Below are positions 1 through 8,877 of a DNA stretch of 64,000 nucleotides, in pieces. The notes under the pieces are model-generated. The model saw only the letters and a program-made list of their open reading frames with translations. It was not told the origin of the DNA and did no database searches. Each line of letters begins with the position of its first letter. Position 1 is the stretch's first letter. The position numbers and the translations under genes were made by a program. Origin of the DNA: an uncultured Candidatus Saccharibacteria bacterium. Lineage in GTDB: Bacteria > Patescibacteriota > UBA1384 > 2-12-FULL-50-11. The stretch spans positions 11,528-75,527 of the forward strand of contig CAZRED010000001.1 of assembly GCA_964599405.1 (NCBI GenBank). The letters are read 5' to 3'.

Positions 1-39
1 TGCTAAACTTCACCAAAACCGTTACAATCGAGATACTTC

Positions 40-426
40 ATGACAAAAAACGACGCCTTACCGTTTCCGAACATCCTGCTAATTGACTGCGCCGAGCGGC
101 AACACAGTGCGATCGCCTTACTGCAGGTAAGGCAAAGGCCGCTAGTTGACGAGCGGGATGTCCAAGCCCAAGAGTTGCCAAAGATGATTGAAGAACTTCT
201 GGCCGCCGCGAAAATCCTGCCGGCCCAGCTAAAAGGGGTTGCCCTAGTGAAACGCGACGGTTCGGTAACGGCTATTCGCATCGGCACGGCTACAGCCAAC
301 ACCCTGGCCTGGCTGGAACGATTGCCGATTCTGGAAGTAGAAGCCGAATCAATCAACGAGGCAATTAAGCTTTTGCAGGCCGGCCGATACAGCGCCGCCG
401 TCAAAACCAGCTTGCCCGGCGCCTAA
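40..426 (+). CDS. tsaB: Short TsaB-like (t6A biosynthesis) protein, N-terminal domain only
   Basis: LLID at the N-terminus; GSVTAIRIGTATANTLAW resembles the TsaB GSFTGLRIG motif. Confidence 0.65.
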   Translation: MTKNDALPFPNILLIDCAERQHSAIALLQVRQRPLVDERDVQAQELPKMIEELLAAAKILPAQLKGVALVKRDGSVTAIRIGTATANTLAWLERLPILEVEAESINEAIKLLQAGRYSAAVKTSLPGA

Positions 427-463
427 ACGCCCTACTTACCTAGCCTGCAGTTGTTGTGTTAAA

Positions 464-1837
464 GTGGTGAAGCGAATGCTATTTCGAAAAACATCACTAT
501 ACGACCGGCCAATTACCCAAATTAAGCCAAGACGCAGTAAAAATCTGCGCATCTTTTTTTGGATACTGGCTCTAATCGTCGTTGGGGTTGTCAGCTGGAT
601 CGGCGTTACTGGAATTGTTGCCTTCAACAACATTACTGACAAAAACGACTCTGATGACCCGTCCTTTTTCAAGTTCGGTGACGAAGTTAATCCGGACAAT
701 CTCAAAGAAGGCGAAACCAGGATTAATGTTTTGTTGATAGGTTTGGCCGATCAGGGTGGTACAGACACAATTCAGATAGCTTCGATTGACCCCTTCAACA
801 AACAGATGTCACTGCTCTCGGTCCCACGCGACCTACACGTGAAGAGTCCTTTGGGCGGCAATTCTAGGATAAACGCAGTCTACGGTGAAGGTATTACCAA
901 GTGTAATCAAACTAGAGTCTGTGACAAAAGTGTTAATGCCGGTGCCGCCGCCCTTAAATCTACCTTACGAGAAGTGCTGGGTACCGACATCCACTACTAT
1001 GCCTTTGTAGATTTTGAAGGATTCAAAGATGTCGTTGACGCAATCGGTGGTGTTAGTATCTACGTTGAAAAGGCGCTCAGTGACCCCGATTACCCTTGCG
1101 ATAACGATCCCCTTAAGATCTGTGGCTACTCGCAGAAAGCCGGGACGGTGACAATGAGCGGTACCCAAGCACTCAAATACGCCCGTTGCCGCGGTGGCAC
1201 CTGCGGCAGTGATTTCGGCCGTTCCCAGCGCCAACAGCAGGTAATTGAGGCGATTCGCCAGAAAACCTTGAGCTTAGGCGTTCTGAGTAACCCGAAAAAA
1301 ATTACTGATTTAATGACAGCGTTGGGCAATCACTTCAAAACCGATATGAAGTTGGACGAGATGCTTAAAACCTTTGAGCTCGTCCAAGCCGTTGATAAGA
1401 CCAAAACCGTTACCGCAACTTTAGATACGAGCGCTGAAGGACCTCTTAAGGTTCTTAGTAGCAACCCATATTTAATCACCCCTAAGGCAGGCCAAAACGA
1501 TTGGAGCGGCGTTCACGACTTTGTTTTGTCGGCGATGCCGGAGCCGTATGTGATTAAAGAAGCCGCCAAGGTGCTTATAGTTGACGCTTCCGGTAAAAAG
1601 TCCGCTGCGGCGCTGGAAAAGAAGCTAACCGCCCTGGGTTACAATATTGTTGGCAGCGAAACGGCCACAATTGTTCAAACCGCCACCAGCCTGTGGGGCA
1701 ATAAAGATATGAAGTATACCTTGGCACTGCTGAAAAAACGTTTCAGTGCTAATCTCACCAACAACAAACCGACTGCTACCTCTATCCAGCCAGCCGATAT
1801 CATCTTGGTAATTGGCAGCAATTACTCTACAAAGTAG
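464..1837 (+). CDS. LytR-CpsA-Psr (LCP) family protein with LytR C-terminal domain
   Basis: N-terminal TM helix; TDTI, SVPRD, RINAVY and SDFGRSQRQQQV motifs. Start uncertain (464 or 476). Confidence 0.92.
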   Translation: MVKRMLFRKTSLYDRPITQIKPRRSKNLRIFFWILALIVVGVVSWIGVTGIVAFNNITDKNDSDDPSFFKFGDEVNPDNLKEGETRINVLLIGLADQGGTDTIQIASIDPFNKQMSLLSVPRDLHVKSPLGGNSRINAVYGEGITKCNQTRVCDKSVNAGAAALKSTLREVLGTDIHYYAFVDFEGFKDVVDAIGGVSIYVEKALSDPDYPCDNDPLKICGYSQKAGTVTMSGTQALKYARCRGGTCGSDFGRSQRQQQVIEAIRQKTLSLGVLSNPKKITDLMTALGNHFKTDMKLDEMLKTFELVQAVDKTKTVTATLDTSAEGPLKVLSSNPYLITPKAGQNDWSGVHDFVLSAMPEPYVIKEAAKVLIVDASGKKSAAALEKKLTALGYNIVGSETATIVQTATSLWGNKDMKYTLALLKKRFSANLTNNKPTATSIQPADIILVIGSNYSTK

Positions 1838-1839
1838 CT

Positions 1840-2412
1840 ATGCGACGACTCCGTTCTCTCCCGCCAGTTGGCCTACTCGCCTGCTGGCTATTAACGTTAG
1901 TTGGTATTGTGGTGATGTGGCGGTTACTACCAACCGGGCTATCGCAGCTGGGAATATTAATTCTAGTGGTTACCTCGTTTTTGTCTGGGATGCGCGGCAA
2001 CATGCTACCAACTATTTATGCTACCGCCCTGCTTGGCCTGTCGTTAATCAATTACACCCAAGCCTCGCTGCAGTGGCCGGCCATCAGCGCCACCGTCGCC
2101 GTTTTTGCGTTAATGTTGTTAATTACTACCGTGAAAAACCGCTTTCACGATGGTCGGGTCGGGCAGCTGGAACAGATCCTCCTCGCCTTCTTTGTTACCC
2201 AGGTAAATAGCATCACTAGCCTCTGGCCAATTTCGTCGTTCAACCGCTCGCTGCTTACCGGCATCGCGTTCTACGTGCTCTGGCACATTTTCGAGGAGCG
2301 CGAGGGCGAGGCCGTCGGATTGGGTAAGCACTTCGTCTTTGCCGTTTTGGCTGCTATCCTGGTGATAGGAAGCATCATATGGGCAAACTTTCCTCAATTA
2401 CTGTCGTTTTAA
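1840..2412 (+). CDS. Multi-pass membrane protein, unknown function
   Basis: About 6 hydrophobic segments; starts 2 nt after the LCP stop. Confidence 0.7.
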   Translation: MRRLRSLPPVGLLACWLLTLVGIVVMWRLLPTGLSQLGILILVVTSFLSGMRGNMLPTIYATALLGLSLINYTQASLQWPAISATVAVFALMLLITTVKNRFHDGRVGQLEQILLAFFVTQVNSITSLWPISSFNRSLLTGIAFYVLWHIFEEREGEAVGLGKHFVFAVLAAILVIGSIIWANFPQLLSF

Positions 2413-3425
2413 ATTGGCTGCGCGACGCCCTGGCTTTGGCTTGGAAATACCTGAAAATCGGTTTTTCATTTGTTGCTAGTGGCACCAGCCGGATCCGCAA
2501 CTGGCTACGCCTGCACGTGCCGTTTATCGAGGCGGTTGTTCAGCGCCACATTCATAATCCGGCCACAATTTTTATCGATATCGCCGTTTTTGTTCTAGGG
2601 CTATATCTAGTCTTTGGCGTTACCGGCTATATCAACGTCTACAACCAAAAATCCGAGAGTCGGTTTTCCGAAGTATTAATGGGCCTCTACCCTTTGCCGG
2701 CTGCCAAAGTCGATAGCTCTTACGTCTGGAGCCACCGTTTTCTGCAGCGACTGCGGTTTTTGAATACCTTTAATTCCCAAGCGCCGGCCGAGGTGAGAGA
2801 CAAGCTGCCAACGGAAGTCGAACTGCGGGAAAAAATTATGGCCGGACTAATTGAAGATCAAGTCGTGTTATTGGAGGCAACTGAATTGGGGGTGCGAGTA
2901 ACGAAAGAAGAGCTGGACGCCGCCTTTGAAGAGCAGAAAAAGCAGACGGAGAATTTCGAGGCCACTTTGAAAGCCCTTTACGGCATGAGCGCCCAAGAAT
3001 TCAAGCAAGTTATTGCCGAACGAATTTTGAAAGAAAAACTCAAGAGCGTGGTACTGCTGCGGGTGAAAGTTCGCCATATTTTAACCGCCACTGAGGGCGC
3101 CGCCCGGGAGGCGCGGACGAAAATCGAGCAGGGTGGAACGTTTGAGGATGTTGCTAAAGAGTACAGCCAGGATACCCAGACTAAAGAGGTCGGCGGCAAT
3201 TTGGGCTACTGGACCACCGGGGAACTAGCCGCCCAGGTATCGACAAACTTTGAGGAGGTCGCCTTTTCTCTGCCAATTAGCCAATTATCTGACCCCATTC
3301 AAACCAAATTCGGTTTTCACGTTATTCAAATCACCGAGCGTAACGAGGGCGAGCCAAAAACCTACGCTGACTGGTACGCCGAAGTTCAGAAAAACCATAC
3401 CGCCAAAGTATATATTCCCTACTAG
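2379..3425 (+). CDS. PrsA/SurA-like parvulin peptidyl-prolyl isomerase
   Basis: TM helix, SurA N-domain, then VRHIL, FEDVAKEYSQD, GGNLG and TKFGFHVI rotamase motifs. Confidence 0.9.
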   Translation: MGKLSSITVVLNWLRDALALAWKYLKIGFSFVASGTSRIRNWLRLHVPFIEAVVQRHIHNPATIFIDIAVFVLGLYLVFGVTGYINVYNQKSESRFSEVLMGLYPLPAAKVDSSYVWSHRFLQRLRFLNTFNSQAPAEVRDKLPTEVELREKIMAGLIEDQVVLLEATELGVRVTKEELDAAFEEQKKQTENFEATLKALYGMSAQEFKQVIAERILKEKLKSVVLLRVKVRHILTATEGAAREARTKIEQGGTFEDVAKEYSQDTQTKEVGGNLGYWTTGELAAQVSTNFEEVAFSLPISQLSDPIQTKFGFHVIQITERNEGEPKTYADWYAEVQKNHTAKVYIPY

Positions 3426-3473
3426 CGCCTTTCTTGAAGGACGAAAAATTGGTAAAATACGGGGGTGCTATAT

Positions 3474-3549
3474 GCGTCCGTAGCTTAGCCTGGTTTAAAG
3501 CGCCTCCCTGTCACGGAGGAGATCGCCGGTTCGAATCCGGTCGGACGCG
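3474..3549 (+). tRNA. tRNA-Asp(GTC)
   Basis: Acceptor stem GCGTCCG/CGGACGC; anticodon arm CCTCC-CTGTCAC-GGAGG; T-loop GTTCGAATC. Confidence 0.97.
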
Positions 3550-3591
3550 CAAAATATTGACACCTTTTCCCGTTTCGGCCACGCTGGCCGT

Positions 3592-3747
3592 ATGGAAGAC
3601 CAAAAAGGTTACGGCAGTAATTGGAAGAAGTGGCTGTGGATATATCTGGTAATCGCGGTCGTGCTTTACGGCGGGTATTACTTATACAAGGTAAACCAGA
3701 ACAGCGACAGCTCTGACAGCTCTACTCCTTCAAACAGCCTCTACTAA
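3592..3747 (+). CDS. 51-aa single-TM small protein, not in the ORF track
   Basis: Hand translation MEDQKGYGSNWKKWLWIYLVIAVVLYGGYYLYKVNQNSDSSDSSTPSNSLY*; TTGACA upstream; fills the gap before the next gene. Confidence 0.75.
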   Translation: MEDQKGYGSNWKKWLWIYLVIAVVLYGGYYLYKVNQNSDSSDSSTPSNSLY

Positions 3748-3753
3748 ACGAGC

Positions 3754-4431
3754 GTGAGCGAGTTAGCCAACATTAAGGTTAAGCGTTACCGCGCTTCGCG
3801 CAGTATTAAATTACGTGTTAGCGAAGATGGGAGCGTTACTGTCACAGCTCCGCCAAACGTGAGCGAGCGGCAGATCAACAAATTTGTCGAGCAAAATAAA
3901 GATTGGTTGGCCGAAAAGTTGTCGCACGTTCGAGCAAAACAGCAGCATCTGACCGCCGAGCGAGATTTGTTGCCGTTTCGGGGAAAAGATTATCAATTCC
4001 GGTTGGCAATTGCTCCAAAAAAACCCGGCGTTACCTTAGCAGAAAAAACCATCACCGTATCTGCACCGAGCGAAGACGACAAAGCGGTTCGGCAGATACT
4101 AGAGAAGTGGTACAAAACCCAAGCTAAAAATTATTTTGAAACCCGTGTTCCCCTACTGGCCGATCTGGTTAACTACGATGTCCATAACGTTACCATTCGC
4201 TCCCAAAAAACCCGCTGGGGATCGTGTTCCAGCCGCCAAACGATTTCACTCAATTGGCGGCTAATCCTTTGCCCGGATTGGGTCAGCGACTACGTTATTT
4301 ACCACGAACTAGCCCATTTGAAACATATGAACCACTCAAAAGCGTTTTGGAGCTTAACTGCCGATTACTTTCCAAAGTATAAAGAAGCCGAAAAGTGGCT
4401 CAAGCAAAATAGCCAGCTGCTACGCTTCTAG
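3754..4431 (+). CDS. YgjP/DUF45 (M48/SprT-like) metal-dependent hydrolase
   Basis: KTRWGSCS and YVIYHELAHLKHMNHS (HExxH) motifs. Confidence 0.92.
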   Translation: MSELANIKVKRYRASRSIKLRVSEDGSVTVTAPPNVSERQINKFVEQNKDWLAEKLSHVRAKQQHLTAERDLLPFRGKDYQFRLAIAPKKPGVTLAEKTITVSAPSEDDKAVRQILEKWYKTQAKNYFETRVPLLADLVNYDVHNVTIRSQKTRWGSCSSRQTISLNWRLILCPDWVSDYVIYHELAHLKHMNHSKAFWSLTADYFPKYKEAEKWLKQNSQLLRF

Positions 4432-5489
4432 ACGTTAAAAAGAAACTCCACGACATCGCCGTCTTGGACAGTGTAATCTTTGCCTTCGCTGCGCATTTTG
4501 CCAGCTTCTTTGATCGCTTTTTCGCTGCCGAACTTTTCTAAGTCGGAAACGCTGAATACCTGGGCGCGAATAAAGCCCTTTTCAAAATCGGTGTGGATTT
4601 TTCCGGCGGCCTGCGGCGCTTTGGTACCCTTAGAGATAGTCCAAGCGTGGGATTCTGTCGGCCCGGCGGTAAAAAAGGTAATTAAATTCAGCAATTCGTA
4701 GCCGGCTATGATCATTTCGCCCAGCCCACTCTTTAGCCCCAGCCCTTGGCGATATTCCTGCTGATCAGCTTCCGGCAGTTCCACAATTTCCACTTCCGTT
4801 TTTACCGAGATTGCCACTAACGCAGCACTTTCGCTGGCGGCATGCTTTTGGACGGCTGAAATATCACTGTTTTCATCGTCAATATTTGCCACATACATCA
4901 AAGGTTTGGCTGTGAGAAATTGAAAAGTTCGTAACTCCTCCGCCAGCTCTGGCTTTGTGCGTAGCGGCGTATCATCGTTCAATAGTGTGATTACTTGCTC
5001 TAGAGCGGTGCCGATTTTTACAGCTTCTTTTTCGCCTTTTTTAACTTTTTCTTGATTGTTAGCATATGCTTTTTGAGCTTGCTCCAAATCAGCCAACATC
5101 AGTTCGGTATTAATTGTGGCGATATCGCTATCCGGATCAACCTTGCCGTGAACATGAGTGATATTTGGTTCCTGAAAGCAGCGCACTACTTCGGCAATCG
5201 CATCCACCGAACGAATGTGGCTCAAAAATTTATTTCCCAACCCCTCGCCCTGCGCAGCTCCTTTGACTAACCCGGCAATATCAACAAATTTCATTGTGGC
5301 CGGGACAGTTTTAGCTGCAGCGTATGTTTTTGTTAGAAATTCCAAACGCTCATCCGGCACGTCAACAATCCCGACATTTGGCTCGATAGTGGTAAATGGA
5401 AAATTAGACGCTTGCGCGCCAGCTTTGGTTAAGGCATTAAACAACGACGACTTTCCAACGTTTGGGAGTCCGACAATTCCTATTTCCAT
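4428..5489 (-). CDS. ychF: Redox-regulated ATPase YchF
   Basis: GIVGLPNVGKS, NFPFTTIEPN, DIAGLV, GEGLGNKFL motifs and TGS C-terminus; start trimmed to MEIG. Confidence 0.97.
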   Translation of the reverse strand: MEIGIVGLPNVGKSSLFNALTKAGAQASNFPFTTIEPNVGIVDVPDERLEFLTKTYAAAKTVPATMKFVDIAGLVKGAAQGEGLGNKFLSHIRSVDAIAEVVRCFQEPNITHVHGKVDPDSDIATINTELMLADLEQAQKAYANNQEKVKKGEKEAVKIGTALEQVITLLNDDTPLRTKPELAEELRTFQFLTAKPLMYVANIDDENSDISAVQKHAASESAALVAISVKTEVEIVELPEADQQEYRQGLGLKSGLGEMIIAGYELLNLITFFTAGPTESHAWTISKGTKAPQAAGKIHTDFEKGFIRAQVFSVSDLEKFGSEKAIKEAGKMRSEGKDYTVQDGDVVEFLFNV

Positions 5490-5624
5490 CAGGAGAGCGG
5501 TTCGCCGCTCGACTGACGAGCAAAATATCTTTGCGACATAGTGTGATTTTACCGGGAAAACCACTTTCTTGACAGTAGGTTATTCAGGCGATATACATAG
5601 CTAGCACACTGACATGTTAATCCA

Positions 5625-5755
5625 ATAGCAACTAGAACATTGCTTAGTGAGCGTATCCCGCTCACTATTGGTGAAGGCCGTGAGATTCGGCCGCTGTGCC
5701 GCAACGGTTTACTTCGAGCGTAGTCGAGAAGTGAAAGCCCGATCCCAGCTGGATA
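5625..5755 (+). promoter_or_regulatory. Cobalamin riboswitch (boundaries approximate)
   Basis: Core GTGAAGGCCGTGAGATTCGGCCGCTGTGCCGCAACGGT...AAGCCCGA; downstream of a TTGACA promoter and upstream of a DUF4430 gene. Confidence 0.8.
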
Positions 5756-5823
5756 TATTTGTTCCGAGCAGAATATTAATTGTTTCCCCGGTTGCTTGGC
5801 GAGGATTTTTTAGAAAGGGTTTC

Positions 5824-6186
5824 ATGAAACAACGCACCAGCTTTTACGTAGTAGCAGCGATTATTTTCATTTTCGGATTATTTTTAATTATTCCGAACGG
5901 CATTATTGGCGAAACTTCCCAAGACAGCAGCCAGGTTAATACTATTAGCTACCAGGGCGTTGAAGGCCAAACGGCGCTAGCTTTGTTGAAGGCTGGACAC
6001 GTTGTTGAGAGCACCACCTACGACTTTGGTGATTTCGTGACGTCAATTGATGGCCAAGCCTCTGACAGCGCCACCAACTTCTGGGCATTTTACGTCAACG
6101 GAACACAATCGACCGTTGGCGCTGGCGACTACATTACCAAAAACGGCGACGTGATTGAGTGGCGGTTGGAAGCGTTTGAGCTGTAA
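5824..6186 (+). CDS. DUF4430 (transcobalamin C-terminal-like) membrane-anchored putative B12-binding protein
   Basis: TM helix, then FVTSIDG...FWAFYVNG...VGAGDY...GDVIEW; start taken at MKQR. Confidence 0.88.
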   Translation: MKQRTSFYVVAAIIFIFGLFLIIPNGIIGETSQDSSQVNTISYQGVEGQTALALLKAGHVVESTTYDFGDFVTSIDGQASDSATNFWAFYVNGTQSTVGAGDYITKNGDVIEWRLEAFEL

Positions 6187-6229
6187 ACTCCCGACTTGAT
6201 ATTTTCCGGCAGTTTGGCACCATGAATAC

Positions 6230-6502
6230 ATGGACGATCAAACCCAGGTAGAAGAACCGGGCAAGGTAATTTACTGGCTACTAGCGGTGTTTGTGATTGT
6301 GGTGATGGTTGGGCTGGCGGTTTTCTACTACGTTAGCGGTACCGATAAGGCTGATACCAACGTTGACGCTACCCAGTCCGAAGTGGCCACCACCACCGAG
6401 GACGACGCCACAATCGATAGCTCAATTAACGAGCTTGATCAGGATTTAAAAGCGATTGATGATGAAATTAACTCCACAGAAGATGACACGACTGATATAT
6501 AG
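6230..6502 (+). CDS. Small single-TM protein with acidic tail
   Basis: TM helix and Asp/Thr-rich tail; overlaps the next gene. Confidence 0.7.
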   Translation: MDDQTQVEEPGKVIYWLLAVFVIVVMVGLAVFYYVSGTDKADTNVDATQSEVATTTEDDATIDSSINELDQDLKAIDDEINSTEDDTTDI

Positions 6503-7226
6503 CTTACTTGCGGCAGCAATATTGCTGCCGGGTTTAGTCCTAGCCCAAAGCAGCAGATTTGATGTAAACACCCAGTTCAAGGCTGATTTGGAGGCCCTAA
6601 AAACCGAAAGGGAAAGCTACCGGGCGTCAAAACTGCAAGAACGCCAAGACATTCAAAAAACCCGAACCCTGGCATTGGCCCAAAAAATGGTTGATGTGCG
6701 AATTCGGGTGTTGGAAGCCCAGAAAAACCGGATCTTGAACGGGCGTTGCAGCAATATTAAAGCGATCGACGTGGCAACTCCGGTTAATGCGGCGATTAAT
6801 AGCCTGTCGGCAGATTTAAAGACATATCTCACCACCATTGAGGCACTCACCGACCTGGCAGCCATCCGCACCGAACTGAAAGAGGCTGTTGACACGACCC
6901 GAGTATTCTCGGTGTTAAACCCGGCAATTTCCGGACTATGTGCTAGTGGGCGGATTCTGGACCGAATTACCGACAAAATAGACCCCGCAGTAGACGAAGC
7001 AAAGGCGGCCGGCACCGATACGACAGCAATTGAGGCGTTGATTGCATCAGCTAAAACCAAAGTTAACGAGGCGGTCGTCTTATTTACTAAAGCCCTGAAC
7101 AAGCCGAGTGCCAGCGACGCTAAAGCCACCATCAAAGCCGGACGTGACAAACTAAAGGCCGCTCACCAGGATTTAGTTAGCGCTGTTCAAGCACTCCGCG
7201 GCGCAGAAACCAAGACACCGCTTTAG
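6483..7226 (+). CDS. Secreted helical/coiled-coil hypothetical protein
   Basis: Signal peptide MTRLIYSLLAAAILLPGLVLA; Ala/Lys-rich helices. Confidence 0.7.
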   Translation: MTRLIYSLLAAAILLPGLVLAQSSRFDVNTQFKADLEALKTERESYRASKLQERQDIQKTRTLALAQKMVDVRIRVLEAQKNRILNGRCSNIKAIDVATPVNAAINSLSADLKTYLTTIEALTDLAAIRTELKEAVDTTRVFSVLNPAISGLCASGRILDRITDKIDPAVDEAKAAGTDTTAIEALIASAKTKVNEAVVLFTKALNKPSASDAKATIKAGRDKLKAAHQDLVSAVQALRGAETKTPL

Positions 7227-7669
7227 TTTCCCTGTTTTTTCTGCCGAATTTCTTCACGAAGGGCCTTGTCGATATCCCGTTTTTTCAGGATTTCTCGTTT
7301 GTCTTTTTTGTTTTTACGGCTGGCCAGACCAATTTTTAGCTTAGCCATGCCTTTTTTCAGGTATAGATCGAGCGGTAGCACTGTGTGATTGCCGCTAGCC
7401 AACTTACCAACGATTCGATTAATTTCGGTGCGATGCAGTAACAATTTGCGGGAGCGATCCGGCTCGACAGCAGCGGCGAAGTTGCCGCCCAACCACCAAA
7501 GTTCAGCTTGGCCGTTAGCAATAAATGGTTTGACGTAGCTGCCGTTAATGTTCACTCGGCGTGCCCGAATCGCTTTAATTTCATCGCCATGCAACGCCAA
7601 ACCCGCCTCCCAGTCCTCATGGATCTGGTAGTCGAATTTCCCCCGTTTGTTTTCAGCGATCGGTTTCAT
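7223..7669 (-). CDS. smpB: SsrA-binding protein SmpB
   Basis: IAENKRGKFDY, EAGLALHGDEIKAIR, RSRKLLLHRTEI and DKRE motifs. Confidence 0.95.
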   Translation of the reverse strand: MKPIAENKRGKFDYQIHEDWEAGLALHGDEIKAIRARRVNINGSYVKPFIANGQAELWWLGGNFAAAVEPDRSRKLLLHRTEINRIVGKLASGNHTVLPLDLYLKKGMAKLKIGLASRKNKKDKREILKKRDIDKALREEIRQKKQGN

Positions 7670-7701
7670 CCCCAATAGTATAGCTGATACAATTGGTCGA
7701 G

Positions 7702-8838
7702 ATGATTTCTGAACTAATCAAGGAAGAGGAAAAACGTCAGTCCGAAACGATCAACCTAATTGCGTCGGAAAATTACGTCTCGGATGCCGTTCGCGGTGCC
7801 TTGGGCTCAGTTTTAACGAATAAATACGCCGAAGGCTACCCGGAAAAACGCTACTATAGCGGCACGAAAATTGTTGACCAAGTTGAGTTGGCGGTACAGG
7901 AATTAGCCCGGAAAGTTTTCCAAACCGACTACCACGTTAATGTCCAGCCGTACTCCGGCTCCGTCGCCAATTTGGCAATTTATTTATCGTTCATGCAACC
8001 CGGCGACCCGATTATGTCGCTGGACTTGGCCCACGGCGGGCATCTGAGCCACGGCCACAAAGTGAATTTTGTCGGCAAACTCTTTGACCGTTACGCCTAC
8101 TTTGTTGATGCCGATACCCACCTACTCAACTACGAAGAGATTGAAGAAGAAGCTAAAGAAGTAAAACCCAAAATTATCGTCTCCGGCGCCTCCGCCTATT
8201 CGCGCCAAATTGATTTTAAGAGGATTTCCCAAATCGCTCACAACGTCGGGACGCGGCATCTGGCGGACATATCTCATATCTCCGGACTGGTCGCAACGGG
8301 TTTGCACCCAACGCCTTTCGGTAATGCTGACTACGTAATGACCACCACCCACAAGATTCTGCGCGGGCCACGGGGCGCGCTGATTTTTGGCAAACCGGAG
8401 TTTGCCAAAGAAATTGATAAAACGGTTTTTCCGGGGCTGCAAGGCGGGCCACATATGCACACCATTGCCGCTATCGGCGTTTGCCTGGAAGAGGCACTGC
8501 TGCCCAGTTATAAACAATACTGCCAACAGGTTGTTATTAATGCCCAGCTCCTGGCCGCCGAGCTGCAGAAGCTCGGCGTAAGCATTATCACGAGCGGCAC
8601 CGACAACCACCTTTTCTTGATTGACTTGCGCCCATTGAAAATTAGCGGTCAAGACGCCCAGGATCGGTTGGAAGCAGTTGGGGTTACGGTTAATAAAAAT
8701 GCTATTCCATACGACGAAGCGCCTCCACAGAACCCCTCCGGAATTAGGCTTGGCACACCAGCCATCACTACCCGCGGTATGACCGAAAAAGAAATGCCGG
8801 CGTTAGCACAAAAAATTGCCACGGCTTTGAATAAATAG
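7702..8838 (+). CDS. glyA: Serine hydroxymethyltransferase
   Basis: LIASEN, NKYAEGYP, GGHLSHG, TTTHKILRGPRG and SGIRLGT motifs. Confidence 0.98.
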   Translation: MISELIKEEEKRQSETINLIASENYVSDAVRGALGSVLTNKYAEGYPEKRYYSGTKIVDQVELAVQELARKVFQTDYHVNVQPYSGSVANLAIYLSFMQPGDPIMSLDLAHGGHLSHGHKVNFVGKLFDRYAYFVDADTHLLNYEEIEEEAKEVKPKIIVSGASAYSRQIDFKRISQIAHNVGTRHLADISHISGLVATGLHPTPFGNADYVMTTTHKILRGPRGALIFGKPEFAKEIDKTVFPGLQGGPHMHTIAAIGVCLEEALLPSYKQYCQQVVINAQLLAAELQKLGVSIITSGTDNHLFLIDLRPLKISGQDAQDRLEAVGVTVNKNAIPYDEAPPQNPSGIRLGTPAITTRGMTEKEMPALAQKIATALNK

Positions 8839-8877
8839 TTTCCCCGCCAACCAGGTTGGGCTACAATGGGTGGGTTG

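Noticed and set aside
5647-5823. N-terminal extension of the DUF4430 ORF
   Set aside because: It overlaps the riboswitch; the ATG at 5824 has a ribosome-binding site and begins the TM segment.
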